The notes beneath the pieces are model-generated. The model had not been told where the DNA came from. It made no database searches and saw only the letters and a program-made list of their open reading frames with translations. DNA of 59,837 nucleotides, the filler included. It is 4 parts of 4 records of this genome, joined end to end, with 100 filler letters (N's around TTAATTAATTAA, not from the genome) between each part and the next. Parts side by side here need not be neighbours in the genome. Positions count along the whole stretch, not along the records: positions 24,131 to 51,991 come from SRR31156797_4168; 3 more parts are not named here. One strand, written 5' to 3'. The translations under genes and the position numbers were made by a program. Positions 28,363-39,286 of the stretch are shown here, piece by piece (the first letter of the stretch is position 1; each line of letters opens with the position of its first letter).

Positions 28363-29808
28363 ATGAAAGTTTTATTAACCGGTGCAACCGGATATATTGG
28401 CAAAAGATTAATCCCAGTGTTACTTCAGGAAGGTCACACAATTTATGCATTGACGCGCGATAAGAATAGATTAAATCTACCATCAAATCAATTAGAAAGC
28501 ATCAATATTGTCGAAGGAGATTTATTAAATCCTGGTGATGATTTCAAATTTCCTGAAGAGTTTGACGTGGCATTTTATTTAGTGCATTCAATGAGTGGGA
28601 GCATACGGAAGTTTTATGAACAAGAGGAAAAAAGCGCACAAAATTTCATAAGGCTTATTGACAAAACCAATGCAAAGCAAATTATTTATTTGAGTGGATT
28701 GGGTAATGAGGAAAAGCTCAGTGAGCATTTATCTTCCAGACAAAATGTGGAGAAGATCCTTAGTCAGGGTAAACCAAGCTTAACAGTACTTAGAGCAGGT
28801 ATTATCATTGGCTCGGGGAGTGCCTCTTTTGAAATTATGCGTGATTTGGTTGAAAAACTGCCTGTAATGATAGCTCCAAAATGGTTGAAATCTCTATGTC
28901 AGCCAATCGCTGTGCGGAATATTGTAGAATACTTAAAGGGTGTAATGCTGCTTGAAGAATCTTATAACCGCACTTTCGATGTGGGAGGAGAAGAAGTACT
29001 TACCTACAAGCAAATGCTGCTAAAATTTGCTAAAGTGCGTAAGCTCAAAAGATTAATTGTTTCAGTGCCCGTAATGACACCCCGATTATCTTCTTATTGG
29101 CTTTATTTTGTTACAGCTACATCATATAAATTGGCTGTAAATCTGGTTGATAGCCTGAAAATAGATGTGGTTTGTGAGAATGATGATATTCGGCAACTTG
29201 TTCCGGTTGAAATTATACCATACGAAGAAGCCATTAGCTTAGCTTTTGAACGCGTAGAGCAAAATATGGTGTTAAGTAGCTGGAAAAATGCAGTTGATGG
29301 TCAATTGTCCAATACCCATCTGGATGAATTTGTAAAGGTACCTCAATATGGGTGTGCAAAGGTTGTGAAAAAAAGACCTATTGAAGGAGATGTAGAGCCC
29401 ATTAAAGATAATATTTGGCGTATTGGTGGCGATCATGGCTGGTATTATGGCACATGGCTATGGGGTTTTCGTGGCTTTTTGGATAAGTTGGTTGGTGGCG
29501 TTGGTTTGCGAAGGGGACGAACCAATCCTGATAAAATCAGCACCGGTGATGCACTGGATTTCTGGCGTGTAATATTTGCTGCTGAGGATCGCACAAGGTT
29601 ACTTTTATACGCTGAAATGAAACTACCCGGTGAAGCATGGTTAGAATTTACAATATCTGAAAGTGATGGTAAAGCAGAATTAGTACAGGTAGCCACGTAT
29701 CGTCCTCGCGGTGTGTGGGGCAGGCTTTATTGGTACCTTTCGTGGCCTTTTCATTTGTTTATTTTTCCGGGTATGATTCGTAATATATTAAAATACAATG
29801 CAAAATAG
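28363..29808 (+). CDS. Atypical SDR / NAD(P)-binding protein with DUF2867-like C-terminus (YbjT-like)
   Basis: TGATGYIG, YLVHSM, LRAGIIIGSGSASFE, AEMKLPGEAWLEF. Confidence 0.88.
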   Translation: MKVLLTGATGYIGKRLIPVLLQEGHTIYALTRDKNRLNLPSNQLESINIVEGDLLNPGDDFKFPEEFDVAFYLVHSMSGSIRKFYEQEEKSAQNFIRLIDKTNAKQIIYLSGLGNEEKLSEHLSSRQNVEKILSQGKPSLTVLRAGIIIGSGSASFEIMRDLVEKLPVMIAPKWLKSLCQPIAVRNIVEYLKGVMLLEESYNRTFDVGGEEVLTYKQMLLKFAKVRKLKRLIVSVPVMTPRLSSYWLYFVTATSYKLAVNLVDSLKIDVVCENDDIRQLVPVEIIPYEEAISLAFERVEQNMVLSSWKNAVDGQLSNTHLDEFVKVPQYGCAKVVKKRPIEGDVEPIKDNIWRIGGDHGWYYGTWLWGFRGFLDKLVGGVGLRRGRTNPDKISTGDALDFWRVIFAAEDRTRLLLYAEMKLPGEAWLEFTISESDGKAELVQVATYRPRGVWGRLYWYLSWPFHLFIFPGMIRNILKYNAK

Positions 29809-29880
29809 TTTGTTTAATCTTTAATGTATAATAATTAAACAAAAATAATATTCTACCTGTTTATTTAATAAAAAGAAACA

Positions 29881-30570
29881 ATGAAGAATATAATAATTGC
29901 AGGTGCAAATTCAATAATCGCTCAGGAATTAATCAATCAATTCTCAAATGAAGATTATCATATTTTTTGTTTATCGAGAGAGGATATTTCGATAAACAAA
30001 TCAAATATTCATTTTACCCAATTGAATATTGTGGAAGATGAACTACCTGATGATTTTTTGCCTGAAAAGATACACGGAGCTGTATATTTTCCCGGAACCA
30101 TAAATTTGAAACCTTTTAAACGTTTGAAAATGAATGATTTTCAAAGCGACATGGAGGTGAACACTTTTGGAGCCGTCCGTTTTATTCAATGGATATTGCC
30201 CAAAATGGAAGATCAATCGTCCATGACGCTATTTTCAAGCGTTGCGGTACAAACCGGTATGCCTTTTCATGCTTCAATTTCTATGGCCAAAGGTGCCTTG
30301 GAAGGCCTTGCCCGGTCACTGGCTGCAGAGTTTGCTCCCAAAATTAGAGTAAATGCAATAGCCTTATCCCTTACGCATACAAAATTGGCCGACAGATTAG
30401 TAAATTCGGAAGATAAATTACAGCGTAGTAAAGATAGACACCCGGTTAAAGAGATTGGTAATCCCGCTCATATTGCCGAGCTAACAAAATTTTTGTTGAG
30501 TGAATCATCGCAATTTATCACGGGGCAAATTATACCTGTTGATGGCGGAATTTCAAATTTAAAAATTTAA
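29881..30570 (+). CDS. SDR family oxidoreductase
   Basis: N-terminal Rossmann strand; SLAAEFAPKIRVNAI; FITGQIIPVDGG. Confidence 0.88.
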   Translation: MKNIIIAGANSIIAQELINQFSNEDYHIFCLSREDISINKSNIHFTQLNIVEDELPDDFLPEKIHGAVYFPGTINLKPFKRLKMNDFQSDMEVNTFGAVRFIQWILPKMEDQSSMTLFSSVAVQTGMPFHASISMAKGALEGLARSLAAEFAPKIRVNAIALSLTHTKLADRLVNSEDKLQRSKDRHPVKEIGNPAHIAELTKFLLSESSQFITGQIIPVDGGISNLKI

Positions 30571-30574
30571 ATGA

Positions 30575-31051
30575 ATGAATATTAGAGGAAAGACTTTTGA
30601 TAAAATAGACAAGCGTGTAACATATTGGATGGCTGGTCAGGGCATTAAGCTGTTGCGCATAAGTATTGGAATAATTTTTACATGGTTTGGAGCGTTAAAA
30701 TTTTTCGAAGGATTAAGCCCCGCTCAAGGATTGGCTATTGAAACCATCAACTTAATGACGTTTGGTATACTACCCCAAAAAGTTATCATTTTCGGTTTAG
30801 CTATATGGGAAGTGGCCATTGGTATTGGGCTTCTTTTCAATATTTTCCTTAGGGAAACATTATTATTACTGTACCTTCAAATGATTGGCACATTTGCTCC
30901 AATCTTCTTATTCCCGGATCTTGTATTTACGAAATTCCCTTATGCGCTTACACTTGAAGGTCAATATATTATTAAAAATCTAGTTGTTGTAAGCGCCGGT
31001 ATTACACTTGGTGCAACTGTCCGAGGTGGTAGGTTAAGAGCAGAAGATTAA
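30575..31051 (+). CDS. DoxX/YkgB-like membrane protein
   Basis: LRISIGIIFTWFGALKF and GQYIIKN motifs; about 4 TM helices. Confidence 0.8.
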   Translation: MNIRGKTFDKIDKRVTYWMAGQGIKLLRISIGIIFTWFGALKFFEGLSPAQGLAIETINLMTFGILPQKVIIFGLAIWEVAIGIGLLFNIFLRETLLLLYLQMIGTFAPIFLFPDLVFTKFPYALTLEGQYIIKNLVVVSAGITLGATVRGGRLRAED

Positions 31052-31098
31052 TCGTTAAACTCGTTTTACCTCATATATACAGTCGACATTTTGACTGC

Positions 31099-31127
31099 AA
31101 AAACCCGCTAAATATTGCGGGTTTTTT
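31099..31127 (+). terminator. Rho-independent terminator
   Basis: AAAAACCCGC-TAAATATT-GCGGGTTTTTT. Confidence 0.85.
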
Positions 31128-31314
31128 ATTTTGCTATAAAATAACTCCAGCAACTTTATAAGCTTCTTCCCTTTATACATTCCTTCATTTCTACTTTTAT
31201 GATCTTTTTTTTTCTCAAGTGACTTATTTCTCTATTATCATCTGCCTTCTTAATTCTGTCTAAGGACTTTGACAAAATCGCTACAAAACACTATATTTAC
31301 ACAAAATTGAGACA

Positions 31315-32016
31315 ATGGCTTTAGATAAAATAATTGAACTTAAAAACGCTGACATATTCCATAAAGATCATCTTGTAATGAGTGATGTGAATTTCTCTGT
31401 TAACAAGGGTGAATTCGTCTATCTGATTGGTAAAACCGGTACAGGAAAATCCAGTTTACTGAAAACCATTTATGCAGAAATACCTTTGCAAAAGGGAGAG
31501 GGCAGAGTGGGTGAATTTGATTTAGCTAATTTGAAGAAAAAACAGATTCCTTACCTTCGTCGTAAAATTGGCATTGTTTTTCAGGATTTTCAATTACTAA
31601 CAGACCGATCTACCACTGAGAATCTGATGTTTGTGCTGAAGGCCACAGGGTGGAAGAAGAAAAAAGAAATGGAACAGCGTATACAGGATGTAATGGAGAA
31701 GGTAGGTTTAGGCTACAAAGGTTATAAAATGCCTCATGAATTGTCTGGGGGAGAGCAACAACGCCTATCTATTGCACGGGCTTTATTAAACGATCCCGAG
31801 ATTATATTGGCTGATGAGCCTACAGGAAATCTTGATCCTGATACTTCCGGTGGTATAATGGAATTGTTGTTTGAGATTAAAAACTCAGGCCGTGCAGTAA
31901 TTATGGCTACCCACGATTATGAAATGTTGAAAAAGTTCAGTGCCCCAACCATGAAAATTGAAGATGGAAAATTGAATGAGAGGGAAAATAAAATCATTGA
32001 ATTTGATTCGTTGTAA
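31315..32016 (+). CDS. ftsE: FtsE-like ABC ATP-binding protein
   Basis: GKTGTGKS, IPYLRRKIGIVFQDFQLL, LSGGEQQR, ADEPTGNLD. Confidence 0.75.
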   Translation: MALDKIIELKNADIFHKDHLVMSDVNFSVNKGEFVYLIGKTGTGKSSLLKTIYAEIPLQKGEGRVGEFDLANLKKKQIPYLRRKIGIVFQDFQLLTDRSTTENLMFVLKATGWKKKKEMEQRIQDVMEKVGLGYKGYKMPHELSGGEQQRLSIARALLNDPEIILADEPTGNLDPDTSGGIMELLFEIKNSGRAVIMATHDYEMLKKFSAPTMKIEDGKLNERENKIIEFDSL

Positions 32017-32065
32017 TCACTTATTTTATTATCATTGTGTGTCGTAAAAGTTAGAAGCAATTAAT

Positions 32066-33868
32066 ATGTCGATACTTAACAGGTCTATTCATTTTACTAA
32101 AAATTTATTTGATTTTCTTCTTAACACATCCGGTTTCGGAGCCAATACCGTATTGCATGAAGGTAATCCTGAGTATGTTGAGAAAATAATTAATGATATT
32201 GGTTTACAAATCGTTGTTTCTGATGAGGACCTTGAGCAAATTCCCAAAGAAGGTGCTTTTGCAACCATTTCAAATCACCCTTTCGGTGGGATTGACGGTA
32301 TAATTTTACTACATTTATTGATGGAAAAAAGGCCGGACTTTAAATTATTGGCCACGCCAATTCTCTGGAAAATATATCCATTAGCCGATTATTTTATTCG
32401 TTTTGACTCTAGTCGCAGGCGTTCAGAAGTTAAACCCAGTCTATCCGGAATGCGTCAGGTTGTGGCTCATACAGGAAAAGGTCACCCACTTGGGTTTTTC
32501 CCGGCAGGAGAAGTGGCTTCCTATGATCCTGATGCTAAAGTAGTCTCAGATAAACGATGGAAAAGTGCTTATTTAAAATTATTGAAAAGTCTTGATATAC
32601 CAATTATTCCCATTTATTTTCAGGGAAAAAATAACAACCTTTATAATTTAGCCAGCTCTATTCATCCGATTTTAGGATCAGCAGGTGAGTTTTTTGGCAA
32701 AAAGAAAGAGGTACGTGTTCGTATCGGAAGTCCTATTTTACCAAAAGAAACAGAAGGTATCGATGATTTAGATAAATATGGGCGTTATTTGCGAGCTAAA
32801 ACACATGCACTGGAATCTCAAATAGAGGTGAAAAAGTTTTTTTTCAAAACCGGATTCAGGCATACTAAAGAGCCTGATAAAATTATTGATCCGGTACCAG
32901 TGGAGGTAATGAAGAAAGAAATAGAAAAGATTAAGGGTGATTATGAGCTTTTTAGCTCCGATAAATATACGGTTTATGGAGCACCGACGCTTGAAATTCC
33001 AAATATACACAGAGAAATTGGTAGAGTGCGTGAAATAACATTCCGCGCAGTGGGTGAAGGAACAAATCAAAGTATTGATATTGACGAATTTGATTTATAC
33101 TATCACCAGCTATTTATTTGGGATAATGAAGATGATCAAATCGTAGGTGCCTATCGTGTTGGTAAAGGAAAAGAGATTATTTCCAAGTTTGGTGTGAAGG
33201 GTTTTTATATTAGAAGCTTGTTCAAAATACATAAAGATTTTACACCTGTCCTGGAAGAGAGTATTGAATTGGGACGTAGCTTTATTGCTGAAAAATATCA
33301 GCGTAAACCCATGTCACTTTTCTTACTTTGGAAAGGTATTCTGTACTTCTTATTGAAGCATCCAGAGTATCGTTATCTTATTGGCCCAGTGAGTATAAGT
33401 AATGAATTTTCTAAATTCTCTAAAGACCTGATAATTAAGTTTTTGAAGCAAAATCATTACAATCATGAGATGGGGCGACTGATAACTCCGCGGAAAAGGT
33501 TCAAGGTGCATTCGCGTTATGACACTGATATAGTGCTGGAAAAGGCTAGAAACGATATTAATATTGTGGATCGGTTCATTAGTGATATAGAACCGGATAA
33601 TTACCGAATGCCTGTTTTGTTAAAAAAATACTTGAAGCAAAATGCCAAATTGATCGGTTTTAATATCGATCCTAAATTTAATAACGCATTAGATGGTTTG
33701 ATAATTCTAGATCTTTTTGAAGTACCATTTAATATGATCGAAAGTTTATCAAAAGAGGTGAAAGATGACAGTATTCTCGACAGATTTAAAATATCTGAAG
33801 AAGAGAAAAATGGTGAAAATTCTGAATCAGAAAAGGTTAACAAAACTACGGAGGAAAAAGATGCTTAA
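32066..33868 (+). CDS. Lysophospholipid acyltransferase + GNAT N-acyltransferase fusion (OlsF-like, possible aminolipid synthase)
   Basis: NHPFGGIDG (HX4D) and FPAGEV; REITFRAVGEG, VGAYR, ELGRSF. Confidence 0.8.
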   Translation: MSILNRSIHFTKNLFDFLLNTSGFGANTVLHEGNPEYVEKIINDIGLQIVVSDEDLEQIPKEGAFATISNHPFGGIDGIILLHLLMEKRPDFKLLATPILWKIYPLADYFIRFDSSRRRSEVKPSLSGMRQVVAHTGKGHPLGFFPAGEVASYDPDAKVVSDKRWKSAYLKLLKSLDIPIIPIYFQGKNNNLYNLASSIHPILGSAGEFFGKKKEVRVRIGSPILPKETEGIDDLDKYGRYLRAKTHALESQIEVKKFFFKTGFRHTKEPDKIIDPVPVEVMKKEIEKIKGDYELFSSDKYTVYGAPTLEIPNIHREIGRVREITFRAVGEGTNQSIDIDEFDLYYHQLFIWDNEDDQIVGAYRVGKGKEIISKFGVKGFYIRSLFKIHKDFTPVLEESIELGRSFIAEKYQRKPMSLFLLWKGILYFLLKHPEYRYLIGPVSISNEFSKFSKDLIIKFLKQNHYNHEMGRLITPRKRFKVHSRYDTDIVLEKARNDINIVDRFISDIEPDNYRMPVLLKKYLKQNAKLIGFNIDPKFNNALDGLIILDLFEVPFNMIESLSKEVKDDSILDRFKISEEEKNGENSESEKVNKTTEEKDA

Positions 33869-33934
33869 TGCTACTTTTCTATTCAAATGTAAACTCAAAA
33901 CGCATATAATTTTTCTATCTTTGTAAGGAAGTAG

Positions 33935-35068
33935 ATGACCATGGATAATTACATAGTTTCAGCAAGAAAATACCGACCTCATTCATTTTCCACAGTTGTG
34001 GGGCAGCGTTCTGTGACCAAAACACTGAAAAATGCTGTACAGAATAATCGATTAGCCCATGCATATTTATTTTGCGGTCCGCGTGGAGTGGGTAAAACAA
34101 GTATCGCCCGTATTTTTGCAAAGACTATAAACTGTTTAAATCCAACTGAAGATTTTGAGGCTTGCGGACAATGTGAATCATGTGTTTCATTTAACGAAAA
34201 TCGTTCATATAATATCCATGAATTGGATGCAGCCTCAAAGAATAAAGTAGAGGATATTCACAATTTGATTGACCAGGTGCGTATTGCACCCCAAATTGGA
34301 AAATATAGCGTTTATATTATTGATGAGGTACACATGTTGTCATCTTCTGCTTTTAATGCTTTTTTGAAAACGCTAGAGGAACCGCCATCACACGCTATTT
34401 TTGTTCTGGCGACTACTGAAAAACATAAAATCCTGCCTACCATTATTTCTCGTTGTCAGGTGTTCGATTTCAATCGGATTACAGTAGAAGAGGCTGTGGA
34501 CCATTTGAAATTTGTGGCAGAACAGGAGAGTATCAATGCTGAAGATGAGGCATTGCATATTATTGCTCAAAAAGCGGATGGGGGAATGCGAGATGCATTA
34601 TCAATTTTTGACCAGATAGCCAGTTTCTCAGGTGGTCAGATTACTTATCAACAAACCATTGAGAACCTTAACGTGTTGGATTATGATTACTTTTTCAAAA
34701 TTGTAGATCATTGTCTGGCAAATGAAGTAAGTGACTTGTTTTTAATCTATGATGAAATTTTAGCTAAAGGTTTTGATGGACAGCATTTTATTACCGGTCT
34801 GGCTAAACATATGCGTAATTTGCTTGTAAGCAAGAATCCAAATTCATTGAAATTACTTGACGTAAGTGGCGATGTGAAAAATAAATATCTGAATCAGGCT
34901 GAAAGTTGTCCGGTTAATTTCCTATTTAATGGTCTCAAACTTATGGCAGAAGCAGAAAGTCGATATCGGTCTTCCAAGGACCAGCGTCTTACAATAGAGC
35001 TTATGCTTTATGAGCTTGGTGTGCTTACCATCGAAAAAAAAAAAGTAGTTCAGAAGCAGACGACGTAG
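33935..35068 (+). CDS. dnaX: DNA polymerase III gamma/tau, N-terminal part
   Basis: ARKYRP, GPRGVGKT, ELDAAS, IIDEVHML, SRC; ends just after an A11 run; TATCTTTG promoter element at 33916. Confidence 0.96.
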   Translation: MTMDNYIVSARKYRPHSFSTVVGQRSVTKTLKNAVQNNRLAHAYLFCGPRGVGKTSIARIFAKTINCLNPTEDFEACGQCESCVSFNENRSYNIHELDAASKNKVEDIHNLIDQVRIAPQIGKYSVYIIDEVHMLSSSAFNAFLKTLEEPPSHAIFVLATTEKHKILPTIISRCQVFDFNRITVEEAVDHLKFVAEQESINAEDEALHIIAQKADGGMRDALSIFDQIASFSGGQITYQQTIENLNVLDYDYFFKIVDHCLANEVSDLFLIYDEILAKGFDGQHFITGLAKHMRNLLVSKNPNSLKLLDVSGDVKNKYLNQAESCPVNFLFNGLKLMAEAESRYRSSKDQRLTIELMLYELGVLTIEKKKVVQKQTT

Positions 35069-35634
35069 CTTCCGGAAGTACTCCTAAAAAGGTAACCCGA
35101 AAAAAGATTTATAAAGCTCCCAAAACTGTTTCATTGAAGCAGGAATTATCTAATTCACAGCAAAATAATCCTGAAGTTGAAACTAAGCCTGTTGAAGAAT
35201 CTCAACAGACTGACCATGTAGAAGAGACCCCAAAAGAAAATCTGGAAGAAAATAAGGTTGAGGAGCCTGTACAGGAAGAGATTACACTGGAATCTTTATG
35301 GGAACAAATCAAAACTAAAGCTGAAGAATTAGGACCGCGAATTAACCAGGCAGTGCAGGCAGCTGATCCTAAACATGTCGATGATAAAACCATTAAAATT
35401 CATATTACTGCTGATTCACATAAAGATTTATATGATAAGCACAAAAAAAGCATTTATGATGTGCTGAGTAGAGAGTTGGGTATTAAGGATTTGGTGTTTA
35501 CATATGAATTAGTTAAAAGTGAGCTGGAGGATAAGCGCCCGTTGAAAGATGAAGAGAAATATGAAAAAATGGTTGAAGAGAATCCAGCATTAAAATTATT
35601 GAAAGATAAATTTAACCTTGACTTAAAGAAATAA
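35044..35634 (+). CDS. dnaX: Probable DnaX tau C-terminal part in the -1 frame
   Basis: The -1 frame is open from the A11 run to 35634; ends 'KYEKMVEENPALKLLKDKFNLDL', which resembles tau C-termini. Confidence 0.75.
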   Translation, partial: SSSEADDVASGSTPKKVTRKKIYKAPKTVSLKQELSNSQQNNPEVETKPVEESQQTDHVEETPKENLEENKVEEPVQEEITLESLWEQIKTKAEELGPRINQAVQAADPKHVDDKTIKIHITADSHKDLYDKHKKSIYDVLSRELGIKDLVFTYELVKSELEDKRPLKDEEKYEKMVEENPALKLLKDKFNLDLKK

Positions 35635-35724
35635 TGCTAATTTTTTAGAACCAAAACAGTTTGAATTGGTTAGATAATATTGTGGAATTGAATTCATTAT
35701 ATATCAAATTTAATATAAAATAGT

Positions 35725-36951
35725 ATGGAAAAAATCAAAGTGAAAAATCCTGTTGTTGAGATGGATGGCGATGAAATGACGCGAATTATATGGTCATTTA
35801 TCAAAGAACGATTAATATTCCCTTATCTAGATCTTGATGTTAAATATTTTGACCTTGGAATGGAGTATCGCGATGCCACGGATGACCAGGTGACTGTGGA
35901 TGCAGCTGAAGCCATTAAAAAGTATCATGTAGGTATCAAATGTGCTACCATCACACCTGATGAAGCAAGGGTTGAAGAATTTGGTTTGAAAGAAATGTAT
36001 CGTTCTCCAAACGGAACCATCCGTAATATTGTGGGTGGAACCATTTTTAGAGAGCCTATTTTAATTAAAAATGTGCCAAGATTAGTTCCCGGTTGGACCA
36101 AATCAATTGTTGTGGGTCGTCATGCACATGCTGACCAATATAAAGCTACTGATTTTGTAACCAAAGGAAAAGGTAAATTAACCATTACGTTTACTCCTGA
36201 GGATGGCGGAGAACCAATTTCACATGAAGTATACGAATTCCAGGGCGATGGTGTGGCAATGAGTATGTACAATACAGATGAGTCTATCTATGGATTTGCC
36301 CGTTCAAGTATGAACAAAGCATTGGAAAAAGGATGGCCTTTATACATGTCTACTAAAAATACGATCCTTAAAAAATATGATGGACGATTCAAGGATATTT
36401 TCCAGGAAGTGTATGATAATGAGTTTAAAGATAAATTTGAAGTTGCCGGTATTTCCTACGAGCACCGCTTAATTGATGATATGGTTGCTGCAGCCCTTAA
36501 GTGGGAAGGTGGTTTTGTTTGGGCATGTAAAAACTATGATGGTGATGTACAATCAGACACTGTAGCCCAGGGATTTGGTTCATTGGGACTAATGACTTCT
36601 ACGTTATTAACTCCTGATGGAAAAACAATGGAAGCTGAGGCAGCTCACGGTACAGTAACTCGGCATTACAGACAGCACCAGCAAGGTAAACCAACATCAA
36701 CAAATCCAATTGCATCCATTTTTGCGTGGACCCGTGGATTGGAACACCGTGGTAAATTAGATGGAAATCAACCATTGATTGACTTTGCTCACGCATTGGA
36801 ATCAGTTTGTATTGAGGCTGTTGAAGATGGAAAAATGACTAAGGATTTGGCCTTGTTGATTCATGAAGATAAAATGACAACTGAGCATTACCTGAACACT
36901 GAAGATTTCCTTGCTGAAATAGATAACCGTTTACAAGCTAAATTAGCCTAA
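35725..36951 (+). CDS. icd: NADP-dependent isocitrate dehydrogenase
   Basis: [40 protein letters not shown]. Confidence 0.97.
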   Translation: MEKIKVKNPVVEMDGDEMTRIIWSFIKERLIFPYLDLDVKYFDLGMEYRDATDDQVTVDAAEAIKKYHVGIKCATITPDEARVEEFGLKEMYRSPNGTIRNIVGGTIFREPILIKNVPRLVPGWTKSIVVGRHAHADQYKATDFVTKGKGKLTITFTPEDGGEPISHEVYEFQGDGVAMSMYNTDESIYGFARSSMNKALEKGWPLYMSTKNTILKKYDGRFKDIFQEVYDNEFKDKFEVAGISYEHRLIDDMVAAALKWEGGFVWACKNYDGDVQSDTVAQGFGSLGLMTSTLLTPDGKTMEAEAAHGTVTRHYRQHQQGKPTSTNPIASIFAWTRGLEHRGKLDGNQPLIDFAHALESVCIEAVEDGKMTKDLALLIHEDKMTTEHYLNTEDFLAEIDNRLQAKLA

Positions 36952-36979
36952 TTTATAAACCCTAAAAAAAGAAAAGAAC

Positions 36980-37492
36980 ATGTTAACACAAAAAATGCAA
37001 GACGCAATTAATGAGCAAATTAACGCAGAAATGTGGTCAGCCTATTTATATCTTTCAATGAGTATGTATTTTGAAGATAAAGGACTGCCAGGTTTTGCTA
37101 ATTGGATGCGTATACAATACGAAGAGGAAAACATGCATGCTATGAAATTCATCGATTATGTGAATGAGCGTAGTGGACGTGTTATGCTTAAGCCAATTGG
37201 TGCTGTTGAGACAGAGTGGAAAGATACTTTAACTGTTTTTGAAGAAACTTTGGCTCATGAGCAGAAAGTTACTTCATTGATCAACAATCTTATGGATATT
37301 GCTATTGAGGAGAAAGATCATGCCACACAAAGTTTCTTGAAATGGTTTGTTGATGAGCAGGTAGAAGAAGAAGCTAGTGTAAATGAAATCCTGGATCAAT
37401 TACGCCTTGTAAAAGATACCGGAAACGGTATGTTTATGATGGATCGCGAAATGCGTGGACGCTCTGCAGCCCCTGCTGATGCAGCTGAATAA
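36980..37492 (+). CDS. ftnA: Non-heme ferritin
   Basis: QINAEMWSAYLY, EENMHA, HEQKVT, WFVDEQVEEE. Confidence 0.93.
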   Translation: MLTQKMQDAINEQINAEMWSAYLYLSMSMYFEDKGLPGFANWMRIQYEEENMHAMKFIDYVNERSGRVMLKPIGAVETEWKDTLTVFEETLAHEQKVTSLINNLMDIAIEEKDHATQSFLKWFVDEQVEEEASVNEILDQLRLVKDTGNGMFMMDREMRGRSAAPADAAE

Positions 37493-37513
37493 AATGAATT
37501 TTAAACGAAATAG

Positions 37514-37545
37514 AAAAACCGATGCAAAAGTATCGGTTTTTTTTT
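37514..37545 (+). terminator. Rho-independent terminator
   Basis: AAAAACCGAT-GCAAAAGT-ATCGGTTTTTTTTT; the 3' arm is duplicated immediately after. Confidence 0.8.
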
Positions 37546-37594
37546 ATCGGTTTTTTTTAAGGTAATATGTTAAATCAATGGGATATAATAAATT

Positions 37595-39049
37595 TTATTC
37601 TTTAATGATTTTAGTGTTATATAATCTATTTTGAGTTTTTATTCCTAGTATATAAATTCCAGTTTCAAATTTGGACAAGTCAACCTTGAAAATATGATTC
37701 TTGTTTATTTCTGTTTTTGATCTAAAAAGTGTCCTTCCCTGGATATCGCATATTGATATTTCGGCAGGAGTATTTACTTTAAAATCAATATTTAAAATAT
37801 TGTTTAAAGGATTTGGGAAGACTGTAAAATTTTCCAATTTTATATTTTCAATACTTGAACTGCTATATTCGAATACTCTGACATGACCTGCATTTAATCC
37901 ATTTGATGCATTCCAGGGGGCTCCAATTGCAACTTTAGTTCCATCTCCATTAAGACTTACCGATATGCCAGATTGATCACCTGATTCTTCTCCATTTATA
38001 TCATTTCCTACTTGAGTCCATATTTCGTTAATAAATTGATAGATTCTTACATGGCCTGAGTTTTCACCATTACCATCATTATATTCAGCACCGCCCGCTA
38101 TTGTATATCCATCTTCACTAATCGAAACAGATGTACCGAATAGGTCTCCAGTTGCTTCACCTGTAATTTCATTCCCCATTTGTGACCATGTACCACTTAC
38201 GTTTTTATAAACAGTTATGCTTCCTGTTTCTGAATTACTTCCAGGATTGGCAATTGCAATTATTGAACCATTGCCATTTATGCTTAGTTTTGCTCCTTTT
38301 CCGGTAATATTAGAGCCAATTTGTGTCCAAACAGTGTCTATTAATTCATATACGGAAACTGTACCTTCACCAGAAAATCCAACTGCTCCCACAGCTAGAA
38401 TTGTACCATCGCTATTTAGGTCTAATGAATGCCCAAAACTATCATAATCGCTTGTGCCATAAAGCCTATTTCCAACTTGTTCCCATGCAGTATCTAGCAT
38501 TGAAAATACACGTACCATTCCCGATTCATTCCCATTATAATCATTTCTCACCGAACTAATGGCTACTATTGTTCCTTCATTGTTTAAGCTTACTGCTTCG
38601 CCAAATTCATCCCCGATATTTTCTCCATTAATGTCTTGTCCTAATTGAGACCATGAGCCATCTAAAAGTTGATAAATGCGCACTTGACCGGTATTGTATC
38701 CTTCATCTTCATTACTTCGGGCACCAATAGCTACAATAGATCCTGATGAGTTTAGACTAACAGAGTAACCGGATTCATCCCCGGCATTTTCTCCATCAAT
38801 ATCCTGACCTAATTGTATCCATTCACCATTTTGATCTTCATAAATGCGAACATGACCAGATCCCATACCATTGCCATCATTTTGTAATGCACCAATTGCT
38901 ATAATATTCCCAGCTGTATTTAAACTAATTGCTCTTCCAGAAAAATCACCAATTGCTTCACCATTAATATCAATACCAATTTGTGTCCATTGTGCGTGTG
39001 TGGTGATTGTAGTAAAAATTATTAGAGTGATAATAAACAGTTCTTTCAT
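37595..39049 (-). CDS. FG-GAP-like repeat beta-propeller protein with T9SS CTD
   Basis: About seven repeats 'WxQxGxDIxGExxGDxxGxxVSLxxxGxxxAIGA'; CTD VFPNP...GIYIL...TKIIKE. Confidence 0.85.
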   Translation of the reverse strand: MKELFIITLIIFTTITTHAQWTQIGIDINGEAIGDFSGRAISLNTAGNIIAIGALQNDGNGMGSGHVRIYEDQNGEWIQLGQDIDGENAGDESGYSVSLNSSGSIVAIGARSNEDEGYNTGQVRIYQLLDGSWSQLGQDINGENIGDEFGEAVSLNNEGTIVAISSVRNDYNGNESGMVRVFSMLDTAWEQVGNRLYGTSDYDSFGHSLDLNSDGTILAVGAVGFSGEGTVSVYELIDTVWTQIGSNITGKGAKLSINGNGSIIAIANPGSNSETGSITVYKNVSGTWSQMGNEITGEATGDLFGTSVSISEDGYTIAGGAEYNDGNGENSGHVRIYQFINEIWTQVGNDINGEESGDQSGISVSLNGDGTKVAIGAPWNASNGLNAGHVRVFEYSSSSIENIKLENFTVFPNPLNNILNIDFKVNTPAEISICDIQGRTLFRSKTEINKNHIFKVDLSKFETGIYILGIKTQNRLYNTKIIKE

Positions 39050-39286
39050 GATCTTTTGTGTTTTATAATATGCATGTTAATAACATTGTTCTTATTTTTT
39101 GTTTTGAATGTTTAGTTGTTTGTAAACAAGATAGTTATTTGTTTTTTTTTGTTTGGCAATTTACAAGCTTATTTTGGAATAATTTTCTTTACATGTAAAT
39201 AAAAATATTAACAAAAAGTTAAATGTAGTAGTCAATTATTTGTTCGAATGAAAATTATTTGTTTAAGATGTATTTTTAAAGTTTAA

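Noticed and set aside
37532-37558. Duplicated terminator arm ATCGGTTTTTTTT
   Set aside because: Short local duplication or assembly slip with no evident function.
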